DNA of 64,000 bases from an uncultured virus (IMG/VR IMGVR_UViG_3300042894_008159) (Duplodnaviria > Heunggongvirae > Uroviricota > Caudoviricetes), in IMG/VR virus record IMGVR_UViG_3300042894_008159, positions 1 to 64,000 of that record. The stretch is one strand, 5' to 3'. Numbering within the stretch: position 1 is the stretch's first letter; every line of letters starts with the position of its first letter. Of this stretch, positions 9,375 through 21,000 are shown piece after piece. Below the pieces are notes generated by a model. The model was not told the origin of the DNA. It was given only the letters and a program-made list of their open reading frames with translations, and made no database searches. The position numbers were made by a program, and so were the translations under genes.

Positions 9375-10973
9375 TTAAATTGGAGAAGTTGGAGATGATG
9401 GTGTTCTAGTTATAGAATATGGGATAAATCCACAACGGGGAGCGGAAGTGGTTGCGTATGTTGTAAAGGCAGTGTAGCCAATTTGAACTTCGGATAAAAA
9501 TTGGAGTCTTATGTGTCTACACCCTTCATTAATCCCAGTTCCAGTATCCAAAATTTGGACGGATGTTGAAGTAAAACCACTAGGCCCCGGATAAACACTT
9601 CGAATACCACCAAAACACAAAGTATTGTTGTTCAAAAAAATATCGAAGGTTCTTCCTCCTGCAATTGGTCCTCTCCAAATACCTGAAAAATTTTCGATCT
9701 GTAAATAAATTCTGTCTATTCTATTATCAGATGATATTGGACCTGTTAGATCTGGTTGAATCGATATTAAATCAGAAGATTGTTCTGTTAGTGGTAACGA
9801 CATTAGATTGTTTGTAAAACTATTTCTAATGAAAGTTGAACTTGTATTTACTTTGTTGGCAAAAGATACCATTTTAACAAAATTTCCAAAAGCTGAACCA
9901 GATGGTCCAGAAACTCCTACCACATTTAATCCATCAGGCCTGGATTCGAAAACCCTATAAGAAAGATTGTTTGTGAATCTTACAATTGGATCGGTAGATG
10001 AACCTATTAGATTTACTTTCACTCCAGACCCAGCACTGGATGAATTAGTAATTCGAAGAATTGGGTTAGTGTTTACCGTTCCACTAACAGAACTACCGGT
10101 TCCCGCCGAAAATTGAAAAGATAAAGACTGTGGGGTTAAATTTATGTTATTTGATGTTAGTTGGATCGTGCTAGCGGTTGAAGCCAAAAGATATCCACCA
10201 GAAATTGGAGCATTTAAATTTATATTTTGTCCAGGGTTTTGTGCAGAGTTTAATCTGAGAGACTGATTAGGAAAAAAATAAATGCTGGATAAAGATCCTG
10301 TTGGCCCGAAAGAGGCAGTAGCCCCGCTAGTGATTTTTAATTCTTGCGGGGAAGAAAAAACGAAATCATAAGATGGACCGGTACCTGCCCACAAAAAAGA
10401 AGGAGGATTCGATCCGGAATAAAAAGTTTTATCAAAAGTTAAAGATGGGTATTTTTGCTGACTTGCGTCTGTTGCAATTAATAATTTAGCCAAATTTGGA
10501 TTGGCGTCATTCAAAGTAGATTGAGAGTCAGAAAGAACCAAAGTTGTGGTTTCCGGATAATTTGATATTTCTATTGCATTTTTGTCTGAAGATTGTCCTG
10601 GACCGCTTATTCCTAAAACCAAAGAAAAAATTGAATCGTCTAAAAGAGTTTCTCCTGAATAAATCCACGAGGTAGGTCCGAAAACAAATATATCCCTCCC
10701 TCCAGTAGGTCCTTCATTTACCCAGATATCACCGTTTCTTGAATCTGAAGGAGAAGGCTCTATGCCAGAAAAAAACCATTGGGTAGCGGGGTTTCCGTTG
10801 GCTCCAAATATTCCATCTGCTCCAACTTCTCCGCTAATTCCTGTAGGTCCTACATTTCCAATTGGTCCATCATATCCAACCCCATTGAATAAAATTTGTT
10901 GAAAATTGAAATTTATTTTGGAGATAATTTGATCCTTATCATCACCAGGTAAAATGAATTTAGTGTTAAACAT
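9375..10973 (-). CDS. Tail fibre/baseplate-attached protein with a short collagen segment (paralogue of 10989..12446)
   Basis: N-terminus GDDKDQIISKINFNF, then a Gly-X-Y stretch, then WF...GDIWVN; similar to its neighbour. Confidence 0.7.
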   Translation of the reverse strand: MFNTKFILPGDDKDQIISKINFNFQQILFNGVGYDGPIGNVGPTGISGEVGADGIFGANGNPATQWFFSGIEPSPSDSRNGDIWVNEGPTGGRDIFVFGPTSWIYSGETLLDDSIFSLVLGISGPGQSSDKNAIEISNYPETTTLVLSDSQSTLNDANPNLAKLLIATDASQQKYPSLTFDKTFYSGSNPPSFLWAGTGPSYDFVFSSPQELKITSGATASFGPTGSLSSIYFFPNQSLRLNSAQNPGQNINLNAPISGGYLLASTASTIQLTSNNINLTPQSLSFQFSAGTGSSVSGTVNTNPILRITNSSSAGSGVKVNLIGSSTDPIVRFTNNLSYRVFESRPDGLNVVGVSGPSGSAFGNFVKMVSFANKVNTSSTFIRNSFTNNLMSLPLTEQSSDLISIQPDLTGPISSDNRIDRIYLQIENFSGIWRGPIAGGRTFDIFLNNNTLCFGGIRSVYPGPSGFTSTSVQILDTGTGINEGCRHIRLQFLSEVQIGYTAFTTYATTSAPRCGFIPYSITRTPSSPTSPI

Positions 10974-10988
10974 GATTAGAAATAGGAA

Positions 10989-12446
10989 TTAAAATTTACC
11001 ACAAAGTCCCCCACATGTATTGTAAAAAACAAGATAATTAGTAGCTGAGTTGTTTCTAATAATAGTTAAGTTGATAAATCTTTGTTCCGTCCCAGACCCA
11101 AAATCAACAGCGCTACCAATTATTGCGTTGCTAGAATCTCCTAATGCTAAATATCTGATAGCGTTACCGAGGTCCACTACTGAAATCGAAAGCTGAATAG
11201 ACTCGTAATTTTGTAGATAATTTGACCAGCTACCCGAAAAACTTCCCATTGAGATCATCAACCCTTTGGAACCACCAGAAACAGGAGGAACAAAAAGAAC
11301 AGTGTTTCCGTGGTTAACTGTTGATGTATTCAGCAACCAATATTGGGTAAAAGATATGGTTAAGTCAGAAGATGAACTGATTGATTTAACAGAACTGGCA
11401 GTTTGTTTCATATAAACCTTTCCCTGCCCATTAATAGAAAATTTAGTTTCTCCGCCTGACTGAAAATCAACTATATTAGTAGAGGAACTGGTTGAATTAG
11501 AAAATACTTGAAGTCCACCTCCTGTTCCAGAATTTGATATCTGTAAAGCAGGATTAGTTGTGTTTGCATTCACCGAAACCTGGGTAAAAATTGACATTGC
11601 ACTGGAACTCATCTGGAAATTATTGGACGAAAAAACAATCTGTTCGCTCTGTAACAAAATTTGATTCGCAGCGTACATCAAAATTTGAGATTGTGAATCG
11701 ATCTCGATATCTTGTGGGGCAGTAATTTGAATATCCCCGCCGGTACTTTGTATTGACATATTTCCCCCAGAATTAAATTGCATAGAATCTTGAGGAACAG
11801 AAAATAAAAGATTATAATTCTGCTGGTTTGGATTCATCCATCTGAATTGAGGATGTCTTGTGTAATCCGATGGAGTTCCAATCCCTACAGCATTTGTTTT
11901 AGCAAATTCCAATAATGGAAAATCATTCGCCGAATCAGTTGCAATTAATAACTTTGAATAAGAAGGATTGGCAGTAGATTGTGTAGAAATAGCATCAGAT
12001 AAAACCGTAGTGTATAAATTTGGAAATGGCGTGTTTAACACAATAGCATTTGCACCAGCTGTTGGACCGGTGATTCCAGAAAGAGTGGAGAAAATCCCAG
12101 AAGTTTGCAAGGTGTAACCAGTTGATACCCAACCTGAATTATCAAATTGATAAATTGAGTTGTCGTTAAGTGTGTCAACCCAATAATCACCCACTAATAT
12201 TTCGTCTCCAGATCCACCAGATGGCTGGGAGGGTTCAACAAACCACTTAGTTCCTCTGGTACCTTGTTCACCAGGATCCCCTTGAGATCCAGCAGATCCA
12301 ACTGGTCCTTGATCCCCTTGAGGGCCTTGAACCCCTTGAGGTCCACCTCCATTTAACACCAAAGAGTCAAAATTCGCATTTACTTTATTGCGAATATCTT
12401 CTTGTGTATCACCCTGATTTAGGGTCAGAATGTTTAGTGTTGGCAT
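10989..12446 (-). CDS. Tail fibre/baseplate-attached protein with a short collagen segment
   Basis: GDTQEDIRNKVNANF (T4 gp9/gp10-like N-terminal motif), GPQGVQGPQGDQGPVG collagen, GDYWVD. Confidence 0.7.
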   Translation of the reverse strand: MPTLNILTLNQGDTQEDIRNKVNANFDSLVLNGGGPQGVQGPQGDQGPVGSAGSQGDPGEQGTRGTKWFVEPSQPSGGSGDEILVGDYWVDTLNDNSIYQFDNSGWVSTGYTLQTSGIFSTLSGITGPTAGANAIVLNTPFPNLYTTVLSDAISTQSTANPSYSKLLIATDSANDFPLLEFAKTNAVGIGTPSDYTRHPQFRWMNPNQQNYNLLFSVPQDSMQFNSGGNMSIQSTGGDIQITAPQDIEIDSQSQILMYAANQILLQSEQIVFSSNNFQMSSSAMSIFTQVSVNANTTNPALQISNSGTGGGLQVFSNSTSSSTNIVDFQSGGETKFSINGQGKVYMKQTASSVKSISSSSDLTISFTQYWLLNTSTVNHGNTVLFVPPVSGGSKGLMISMGSFSGSWSNYLQNYESIQLSISVVDLGNAIRYLALGDSSNAIIGSAVDFGSGTEQRFINLTIIRNNSATNYLVFYNTCGGLCGKF

Positions 12447-12464
12447 GACTGTAAATTCTTTGCT

Positions 12465-12472
12465 TATATATT
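12465..12472 (-). promoter_or_regulatory. Putative late promoter AATATATA
   Basis: tatatatt about 19 nt upstream of ATG 12446, in an intergenic gap. Confidence 0.6.
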
Positions 12473-12487
12473 CTCAAGTCAAAAATC

Positions 12488-15400
12488 TCAAATTTTTTGG
12501 ATTCTGAAAGAGAAGGTCAAAGAATAATTTTGTGATTCAGTCAAGGAATACTCAAAGGTGTAAATTAAATCTGTGATTTTAGTTAGCTTGAAATTTGGCT
12601 GTGGATTGTAGGCATATCTAATTCTATCAGGATTGATCAAATCCCCTCTGACCAAAATTTCAGTGGATGACAAAGCTTGCCCGGTTTTCTTCACGAACAA
12701 ATCAAAAGTGATACCTTCATAAATTGGGTTAATATTTTCTTGTATGTAAGTGTCTATATCATCATTTATGTTATTGGGATTACCAACACCAAATTCGCTA
12801 ACCATATTGTTTACAAAGACTGTAGAAATACCAGAATTCAAAAGATATCTTCTTAAAATTCTATCTAATCGGATTGAACCACTAACGGTATTGGTAATGG
12901 GATTTTTCTGCCATAAAACTTCTACCTGGGGAAAAATGTTTTCATCCAAAACTGATAGATCAACGCTACTCAGATATGTTCCAAGCTGACCTACTCCAGT
13001 ATTAGATGTGATCGAATTTAAATTCTGTATAGATGAAATTGAGTTGTTGGCCAACAAGTTAATCTCTTGAACATCTGTGGTTCCATTTGTTCTAGATATT
13101 TCTAAAGTGATGAATGTGTAAATTGTTATGGTGTAGGGTGTTTGCATCATTTTAGAACCTAAGAATGACTTCAATTCTTTCATAGATCTAGTTCCGGCAA
13201 CCGGGGTTTGTTGTGTAGATGAAGTATACAAATTATAATAACCTGGATCCCAACTAGACAAAAAGACAGAAAAATCTTTGTAGAAAATTGGACTTTGACC
13301 TACATATGGATATTTAGGACCTTGCGGTAAATTTTGAGAATCTTGTAAAATATCAGCTCCTAAAGAAACCTTAGAATAACCCAAATTAACTATCTTTCCA
13401 AAATCAAGCTGTTCAGGAGCAAAAGTGCAATTTCTAAAACTCAAATCAACAGAAGGATAGTTTGTCAAGGTGTCGGTCTTATCCTCCTTGAATTTAAATA
13501 TTTTTTTGAATAAAGGTTGGTAAGGCCCACCATATCTTAAAATATCAGAGGAGTAATTTGATCCTCCATTAACAATTTCAAATCCGCTTGGTTTGCTTCT
13601 ACCTAAAGTTTGAGGACCACTATAACTTGGCTGAGGATAAACTCCAGTTGGTTTGTAAATAGATGTTGGTTTAGTTAAGGAAATCTGAAAATAATTTGTA
13701 GTTGCTTTGGTTGTTGAACTTTGCTGGTCCCACTCATAGGTTGTGTATTTAATGTATGGGCTGTCTCCGTTTACTCTTTCAAAAATCTGGGATAGGGAAA
13801 TTCTCTTCATGATAAATTTGAAATAATTTTCTCCCCCCTCTACTTGAAAAACTGGATAATTGGCATATGCTGATCTTGGTCCTACAGGAATTGTTACTGG
13901 ATTACTAAAAGCAAATGGAATATTAAAAACATAATCTGGAGATTGGACGGCCTGGAAATTTACCAAATTTTGAGATCTTCCAGTAGGCCAAGGATAAGTA
14001 TAATTTTGACTTGGTACCACAAAACTTCCTGGTCCAGTAACCCCCACACTTCCGGTAGATCCAGCAGGGTAAAAAAGGTTAATTTCTTCCCTGAGGTCAG
14101 TGTCAAAGTTTTGGTTTGGAATTAAATAAACTGGATTTAAATTTCCTGCTGTACCAACAAAAGAGTTAGAAGTAATAGATAAATCCAAAGCAGAAGAAAG
14201 TTTGATATCCGAAATCTCATACAATAATGAACCCGTTGGACCTGGATCTCCAGTTGGACCAATTCCGGAATCCTGTTTCTTATCACCTAAACTGTATAAC
14301 AAAAGATAATCTAAATAAGGATCTGCCCCAGTTCCACCCGTGTATCCAAGAGGAAATGCCCGGTAATCCTGTATAACAACAGTTGTGACAAATATCACAA
14401 ATTTTTGTTGAACGTTTTCGATTACTTCATATGAAACTGGAGCCTGTATAATATTTGGATCTTCCGGTACAACTCTCAAAATAGATGAAAAATTGTAACC
14501 TTCGAACCCTCTATAATTCAAAACAAATTTATCAAGATCTGATGGTGGATTGGGTAATGTGCTCCTTCTTTTCAATGAAATTTTCACCCCCCTGAAAACT
14601 GTATCATAAAATCCAGAAGCTGGGTTGTAATTGAATGGTGTGAAAAATTCTTTTGTGAAATTACTTGGGTCATAATAAGGACTTGGATAGTCGCTAGGCT
14701 CAACTGTAAAAAATGAATAGGCATACAGACTCAGGTTTGGATTGGCATCTCTAATTGAATCTAAATCAATCTTACCTGGTAAATAACTGTTTTGCTCTAA
14801 AATTTTGTTAGCAGGAAATTGTCTAGGAACACCTTCCAGAAGAAACCACTCGTGTGTAAAATATCCAGGGTTTTGTGAATCGTTTTCGAAGCTCGGGGAA
14901 AAATTAGTTGGCGCAAAAGCAGGAGAAGAATTCAATCGATAAGGATTACCTCTTACATCGGTTCCACCAAGATATCCCCATTTATTAATAAATGGTACTA
15001 CTCTAGAAACATTTGCTCTCGGAACGGTGAAGTTTTCTTGGAGGTATTGATATTCTGTTTCTAATTTTCCATAATTGAAAATTTCTTCCTTGTTGTTTTG
15101 ATTTGGAATTGGATTCACACTAGTTATTGATTGTATTCCATAGAAACCAATAAAAGAATTCAAATTTTGTTCTGCCTGTATCTGTGACATGTTGTATGGA
15201 TAAGTATCATTCACCCATCCAACCTGTGTAAAAATAGCTGGAAGGACAACAGCAGTAAATCCCGTTGTCGAAGAACCAGCGTCAGTGAAAAAATCTGTTG
15301 TGGTTCCTATGAAAGATTCTCCAGACACATAATTAGTAGTTTCGTATCTAATCTGTCCCTGTCTCACCAAATATTTCACCCCATTTATAATTTGACCAGA

Positions 15401-18064
15401 TTGACCTGGAATTAATTGAAAATATCTGTGAAATTCTGGGGTTGGGGTCATCCCATATGTTGAAGATAAAAAATCAAAATCAAAATCTTTCAAATCAAAA
15501 AATGAAAAAACACCGCTTTCTAAACTTACAATTTCAAATAAATTGAAATTACCATCAGATCCCAAATTGATAACAGCATTCTTGTCTTGGAGGTGAGCAA
15601 TCAGAAGTTCACCATAACCTCTGAACCCAGAAATCAAATCCGATCCATTGGCATAGATAGGATCCTCAACATATGGTGTTATTTCAGTTATCATTGAAAC
15701 AGAACCGGTTACACCACGCCCACTTTCTACCTCTATCCATGTACCAGGGACAATCTTATCTTTTTCTTCAGAAGAGAAAATTACTCTAGATTTAATTTCT
15801 TTAGAACCACCTCTAAAATTAACAATTCCAGATAAATCTGAGGCATCTAAACCAGCAATTTTCAAAAAACCTTCTTCAGTGAAAGTTTGATAAGGTAACC
15901 AGTCAAGATTCGAAATTGGTTCAGGATTTAGATTTCCTAAAGCGGGTGTACTAATTGGATTCAAAGCTTGAAAGTAGGAATCGAAGAAAGAAACAATGTC
16001 TCCGATATTATAAGAAGAGGTGTTGGACCAAATTCCTACATACGAATTTTCAAAAGAAGAATAATCGGAGAAAACGCCAATTTTGAATTGTGTGTTGGAA
16101 TTAGGTCCAGGATTTTTAGCCCTAATTATAGAAGAATTTTTCGAATTGGCAGAATTCCAAACAATTGAACTTATATTGTTAACACAAGAGCAAAATGAAA
16201 AGGCAACATCAGTTGTAGTTCCCTGTGACAAATTGAAGTAATTGATATTTCCGGAGTTATAAGAAGAACCAGCTTTCCATCCCAAAACAGTACCTCCCAA
16301 TTTTCCAGATTGAATTAGATCATATTTTTCTATCAGATTTCCCTGACTACCTCCAGGCCAAATCACTTTAAAAGTTACAGGTTTATTTGGATCAGAGACC
16401 TTGAGAAATTCTATGTCGATGTTAGCATGTCCTTCAGAAGTTGGTAAGATCCCGCTATATCCTCCTATTTTTTCCCCTGGACCAGTGAAATCTAAAAGAT
16501 TAACGCTACGATTTGGAATTACTAGATTACCAGTTTTCCACCCAGAAGTAGCACCGGTTGAAAATGTTCCGTTAGTGAAGGGTCCAAATTGTGCCTCTAC
16601 CGGGGTGTTGTCTATCCAGGAATTGGTGTTTGAATTGTAATTTTCAAATCTTTTCAAACTGTAAAATCTATCAAACTTATCAGTGATATAAAATAATTTT
16701 TGTGGATCTGCCACATTAACATCATAAGATCCTGGAATCCATCCAGTGGCACCTTCATAATAAAGTCTAACTCCGGTAGTGCTACTTTGAAAATTATTTT
16801 GAGTAGAATTATAAAATCCAACATTGTTCAAAGATGGCTTTGGTAGGTTATTGTTACCAGCTGAATCCCTATAGGTATAAAAGAAATTTCCATTCATTTT
16901 AAAACTACCCAAACAGTTTTTCGACACGTAAGCACCGAAATATCTGTTTATGGTGTAAAGGTTTGAATCTGGATCATCGAAAAGAAATTCTAAATTAAGA
17001 AGATTCGGAGCTATGATTCCATTTCTAGAAAAACCTTCAGTCACATAATTTTCGAAATCGATTTGAGGTGTTGATTCGTTTGAAATTAAAAAATCATACA
17101 AAAGCTCACCTTTCTTCGTGAAGGCACCGGTTTGAATATCTATTCCGTTGAAGTATGTATAGGCATTTAGTTGATAAGAAAAGTCGATTGGTGATTGTGA
17201 AAAAGAGGGATTGTTTACAATTGATCGAATGTATTTCCCGATCTTCGTATTTGACCTTAAATCAAAAGTAGAAATAACAGAAGCATAAGGAAGTATTTTA
17301 GAATTGAAATAAGAATCAACGTCATCCACTTGAGGCTGGAATAACAACTCATCCATTAGAACTACTTTACCAGTACCAGAAATTATATTATAAGATGAAT
17401 AAACTGTGTTTCCGGTAAAAAATTGTCCGGCAGAATAAACAATGGGATTCCCAAATAAGTCAACTCCATAAGTAATCGAAAAGGTTTCTGTTGATGAAAT
17501 TTCTTGTATAACCTTGTATTGAGAACCGTCTACAATTTGTGTTTGATTTGTAGAATATGGGTAGCTTAAAGGTTCGGGAACTTTAAAAACGACAAAAAAA
17601 TCAGGTAATTCATCTTTCAACCATAAAGGCTGAAAAAATTTGAAATTTTCAGCATAATTTCTATCGACTAAAGTTGAAGCTCCAGATCCATAAAAAAAAT
17701 CATATTGGGATGCAAAATTCTCTACCGGTTTATTTTCCCCGTCGGTAAATTTACCAACTTCGAAAATAACATCAGGATTTAAAGAAATTCGTTGGATTTT
17801 TCCTCCTGAGAAAAATTTTTGAATATCTTTTCCATAAGAAAGTTCTCCGCTTACCCGATATTTTTTGTATTTCTGATCACTCAAAGTAGGATTTGCATCC
17901 ATAGAATTTAACCAAACTTCTCCTTCGGAATCCAAAGTAATTTTTACATTTCCTGTTATTTTTGGATTTGTTCTTAGAACACCAAAAGATGAGTTAGAGT
18001 CAAATAGTTTGGGGCCAGGTCCACAGATTGGTCCAGGGATGGGTGTTGAGATTGGTGTGCTCAT
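12488..18064 (-). CDS. Very large baseplate/structural protein (1858 aa) with a CBM5/12-like motif
   Basis: Long ORF in the structural operon; WSNTSSYNIGDIVSFFDSYFQAL resembles a ChtBD3/CBM5-12 module. Confidence 0.7.
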   Translation of the reverse strand: MSTPISTPIPGPICGPGPKLFDSNSSFGVLRTNPKITGNVKITLDSEGEVWLNSMDANPTLSDQKYKKYRVSGELSYGKDIQKFFSGGKIQRISLNPDVIFEVGKFTDGENKPVENFASQYDFFYGSGASTLVDRNYAENFKFFQPLWLKDELPDFFVVFKVPEPLSYPYSTNQTQIVDGSQYKVIQEISSTETFSITYGVDLFGNPIVYSAGQFFTGNTVYSSYNIISGTGKVVLMDELLFQPQVDDVDSYFNSKILPYASVISTFDLRSNTKIGKYIRSIVNNPSFSQSPIDFSYQLNAYTYFNGIDIQTGAFTKKGELLYDFLISNESTPQIDFENYVTEGFSRNGIIAPNLLNLEFLFDDPDSNLYTINRYFGAYVSKNCLGSFKMNGNFFYTYRDSAGNNNLPKPSLNNVGFYNSTQNNFQSSTTGVRLYYEGATGWIPGSYDVNVADPQKLFYITDKFDRFYSLKRFENYNSNTNSWIDNTPVEAQFGPFTNGTFSTGATSGWKTGNLVIPNRSVNLLDFTGPGEKIGGYSGILPTSEGHANIDIEFLKVSDPNKPVTFKVIWPGGSQGNLIEKYDLIQSGKLGGTVLGWKAGSSYNSGNINYFNLSQGTTTDVAFSFCSCVNNISSIVWNSANSKNSSIIRAKNPGPNSNTQFKIGVFSDYSSFENSYVGIWSNTSSYNIGDIVSFFDSYFQALNPISTPALGNLNPEPISNLDWLPYQTFTEEGFLKIAGLDASDLSGIVNFRGGSKEIKSRVIFSSEEKDKIVPGTWIEVESGRGVTGSVSMITEITPYVEDPIYANGSDLISGFRGYGELLIAHLQDKNAVINLGSDGNFNLFEIVSLESGVFSFFDLKDFDFDFLSSTYGMTPTPEFHRYFQLIPGQSGQIINGVKYLVRQGQIRYETTNYVSGESFIGTTTDFFTDAGSSTTGFTAVVLPAIFTQVGWVNDTYPYNMSQIQAEQNLNSFIGFYGIQSITSVNPIPNQNNKEEIFNYGKLETEYQYLQENFTVPRANVSRVVPFINKWGYLGGTDVRGNPYRLNSSPAFAPTNFSPSFENDSQNPGYFTHEWFLLEGVPRQFPANKILEQNSYLPGKIDLDSIRDANPNLSLYAYSFFTVEPSDYPSPYYDPSNFTKEFFTPFNYNPASGFYDTVFRGVKISLKRRSTLPNPPSDLDKFVLNYRGFEGYNFSSILRVVPEDPNIIQAPVSYEVIENVQQKFVIFVTTVVIQDYRAFPLGYTGGTGADPYLDYLLLYSLGDKKQDSGIGPTGDPGPTGSLLYEISDIKLSSALDLSITSNSFVGTAGNLNPVYLIPNQNFDTDLREEINLFYPAGSTGSVGVTGPGSFVVPSQNYTYPWPTGRSQNLVNFQAVQSPDYVFNIPFAFSNPVTIPVGPRSAYANYPVFQVEGGENYFKFIMKRISLSQIFERVNGDSPYIKYTTYEWDQQSSTTKATTNYFQISLTKPTSIYKPTGVYPQPSYSGPQTLGRSKPSGFEIVNGGSNYSSDILRYGGPYQPLFKKIFKFKEDKTDTLTNYPSVDLSFRNCTFAPEQLDFGKIVNLGYSKVSLGADILQDSQNLPQGPKYPYVGQSPIFYKDFSVFLSSWDPGYYNLYTSSTQQTPVAGTRSMKELKSFLGSKMMQTPYTITIYTFITLEISRTNGTTDVQEINLLANNSISSIQNLNSITSNTGVGQLGTYLSSVDLSVLDENIFPQVEVLWQKNPITNTVSGSIRLDRILRRYLLNSGISTVFVNNMVSEFGVGNPNNINDDIDTYIQENINPIYEGITFDLFVKKTGQALSSTEILVRGDLINPDRIRYAYNPQPNFKLTKITDLIYTFEYSLTESQNYSLTFSFRIQKI

Positions 18065-18065
18065 T

Positions 18066-21000
18066 CTATCCTAAATTTGTTCCGCCTTGAGAAGAGAAAT
18101 TTCTAGAAGATAGAGTGTCATTTTTGTATTTTGCGCTTACTTCTAAGTCAAACGAAAATGTGCTTTGATTTCTTACCTGAATGTCTAATCCCATTTTTTT
18201 GGTGTAAGTAATATTGGTAGGATTTCCAGCGGCATTAAATCCGCCAATATATCCCAGCTTATCTGTTGCTCTAAATTGGAAGATGATGGGTATAATAATA
18301 GCATTATTTATTCCCTGTTGAACCGTTTGATTGGCCAAAGAAGTTGATCCTTGTACTTGTACCAAAGAAGAAGTAGCTGGTCCTAAAAACAAATAAGAAC
18401 CACATGAGTACTTTCCGATAAGCCATTCATCGTTACTTTCGAAACCTAATTTGAGAGGGTACATGGAATCTTCTCTAGAGGCAGTTGCTCCCTGTACAAA
18501 ATCTTGAGTCACTGGGGTATATCCTAGCTGCATCCAATAATTGTTAAAGGTAGAATCCGTGTAGAAATAATCAGATTGTCTAAAATAAGGATAAACAACC
18601 GTACCATTATTAGCATAGTTAGGTTTAACTAAATTAGTGAAGGACAAACCAGTATTTAAAGCAGGATGGTTTTTGTGAACACAAAATTCACTTAGAGTAC
18701 CATTTCCCAAACCCACCCAAGCACCAGTTGAACCAGTATAACCACCATTCCAAACAGATCCATTTGATCCAGATGCCGTGGGAACAGAAGAATCTGTAGG
18801 GTCAAATGGAATAAGTGATGGTCCATTTAAGGGCTGGCCGTTTCCGTTACCCGAATAATCATAACCGGAAGTGTAAGGTTGTGTTTCAGCATTAAAATAA
18901 AGTTCCTGGTCCAAACCTACACTTTTCCATCTGGGATAAATAAATTGGCTGTTAGCGTTTCCTGAAGCATATGGTGTAGCTTGTCTTAACTGTTCAAAAG
19001 ATTGATTGTTCGCCGATCCAGTAGATCCTTGAGGAATAATGTCTGCTGCAGTTAAAGAAGTTACAGAAATACCAATTTCTCCATATCGTAAATTTTGGGA
19101 ATATCCAGGAGGTAAAGTGTACGCAGTTGAAACCCCGGCAATTACGTCTAAGCCTCCCGGCAAAGAAGATGACAATTCCAATAAACCAGCAGCTGTGTTT
19201 ACTAATTTTAGCTGATAAATTTTAGCAGCAATTTTTCCTGCGTCACTTGTAGTGGCATTTAAGAAAATTTGGTTGTAATAACCTGCATTCACCCTCAACG
19301 TCTGACCGCTTGTAATAATTTGGGTATTTCCAGCTTCATCAACCAGTTGAACTTCCAAGATTCCAACTGACTTATCTATCATAGCTTTTAAAGAAGCAAT
19401 TTCATTTTGAAGATCTGTTAGTTTTTGGAAAAGATCTACTGGATTTCCAGAAGCATCTGTAAAACCACTAGAAATTACTGGAGCATCGATCAAAAAAGTT
19501 TTAGATCCGGCTGTGAATTGTCTATTCAATAAAGCATCTACTCCTCTAGAAGAAAGGTCCTGCTGTATAGCAAGTAAAGCTTCATCTTTCAAATTTGTAG
19601 TTAATGAAACAACTGCACTTTCTGTTGTTGCATCCGCTGGGAATGAAACTGTCACAGATTCAGACCAATCCGAAGTAATCGGATTTTCTGGCCACCCAGC
19701 TTCCGAAACAGACTTAATCCTAATTTCTACCTGTTCGCCGCTAGTAATTGGAATATCCAATTGATTGATGTTATTGGCATCGGCATCGGCAGTAATTTCT
19801 GGAGCCCAAACATAAGTACCAGAGCTCGCATCATAAACTTTAGATCTTATATTAGTTATAATTCTATTCCAGTTACTGAAAGCTCCTGTTTTTTCCTGAC
19901 CGTTATTATCTTGATAAGATATTTGCTGAATAGCAGGGGCTACCCCTGAATCACTTAAATATCTGTATTCGATAATAAATTGAATTACCTGCTGTTGCCC
20001 TGTAGTAGGATTTACTTTGGGAGGAGGGATAGGCCAAAAACCTCTAACACGATATTTAGGTTCTGCCAAAAGTTGTGGAGTAGAAGAAGAAGTTGTAGAA
20101 ATTTGACTGATTGTCGAAGCTAATAGTTGCTGTTTTTGAACTCTTTGCTGTGTTAAAGAATTCAAATTAGCTTGTAAAGCCTGTACATTTTGCGTTGTGT
20201 TGGTCAAATTTGTAGCTGTAGAAGCTCCTAGTGATGCTATACCGACTTGAGTTTGAGCAATCACAGAAGTATTACTCGCAGAATTGATTTGTGCTCTAGT
20301 TGTGTTTATGGCAGTGTCTAACTGAGAAATTTCACTTTGAAGAGTTGCCTTCAAAGCAACTTGGTTATTCAGTGTTTGTACATCAGTAGACTGTGTTAGT
20401 TGTGTGTTGATAGGAACAACTCTAAAGTTTGTTGGAACAATAGTAGGAGCATCCGGAGTCAATCCAGAGATGGCAGAAATCTTTTTTTCTTTCGCCATAG
20501 CTAACATCTGTTGACCCAAATCAGCTACGGAATTAAGATAAAATTGTTCTAAAGTTTGTACCCCACCTGTTGTATTAATTCTAAGTTGGTTGCTCCAGAA
20601 AACAACTCCAGGTGACCAAGACGAAGCAACAATGTTGTAGTTGTCGTCGATTTTTTTAAAGAAAACCCCTTGTCTTTCGTTATATCCAACATTTACATCT
20701 ACGAATCTTGGATTAAATTGGGTAGAAAGTAAAGTGAGGGAATTTGGGCCTATGCTTACGGGTTGAAATCCAGATGTTCTTTTTAGTTGAACTGAGGTCT
20801 GGTTAATATTAATGGAGATAATTTCATATCTAGTTCCATCTGGAGTTAAAAGAAAATTTCCAACATCTAAAGTCCTACCGTTTGTTACACCAGTACTAGT
20901 ATCTGTATATTGAACAGAATTCAACTTGTAATTTCTCCTGGTCTCTTGAACAGTTTGTCCATTTGAATCTGTTGTGCTGACCGTGTCATCGTAAAATGAT

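Noticed and set aside
9375..12446. Diversity-generating retroelement acting on the fibre paralogues
   Set aside because: No reverse transcriptase and no near-identical TR/VR pair differing at adenines was seen.
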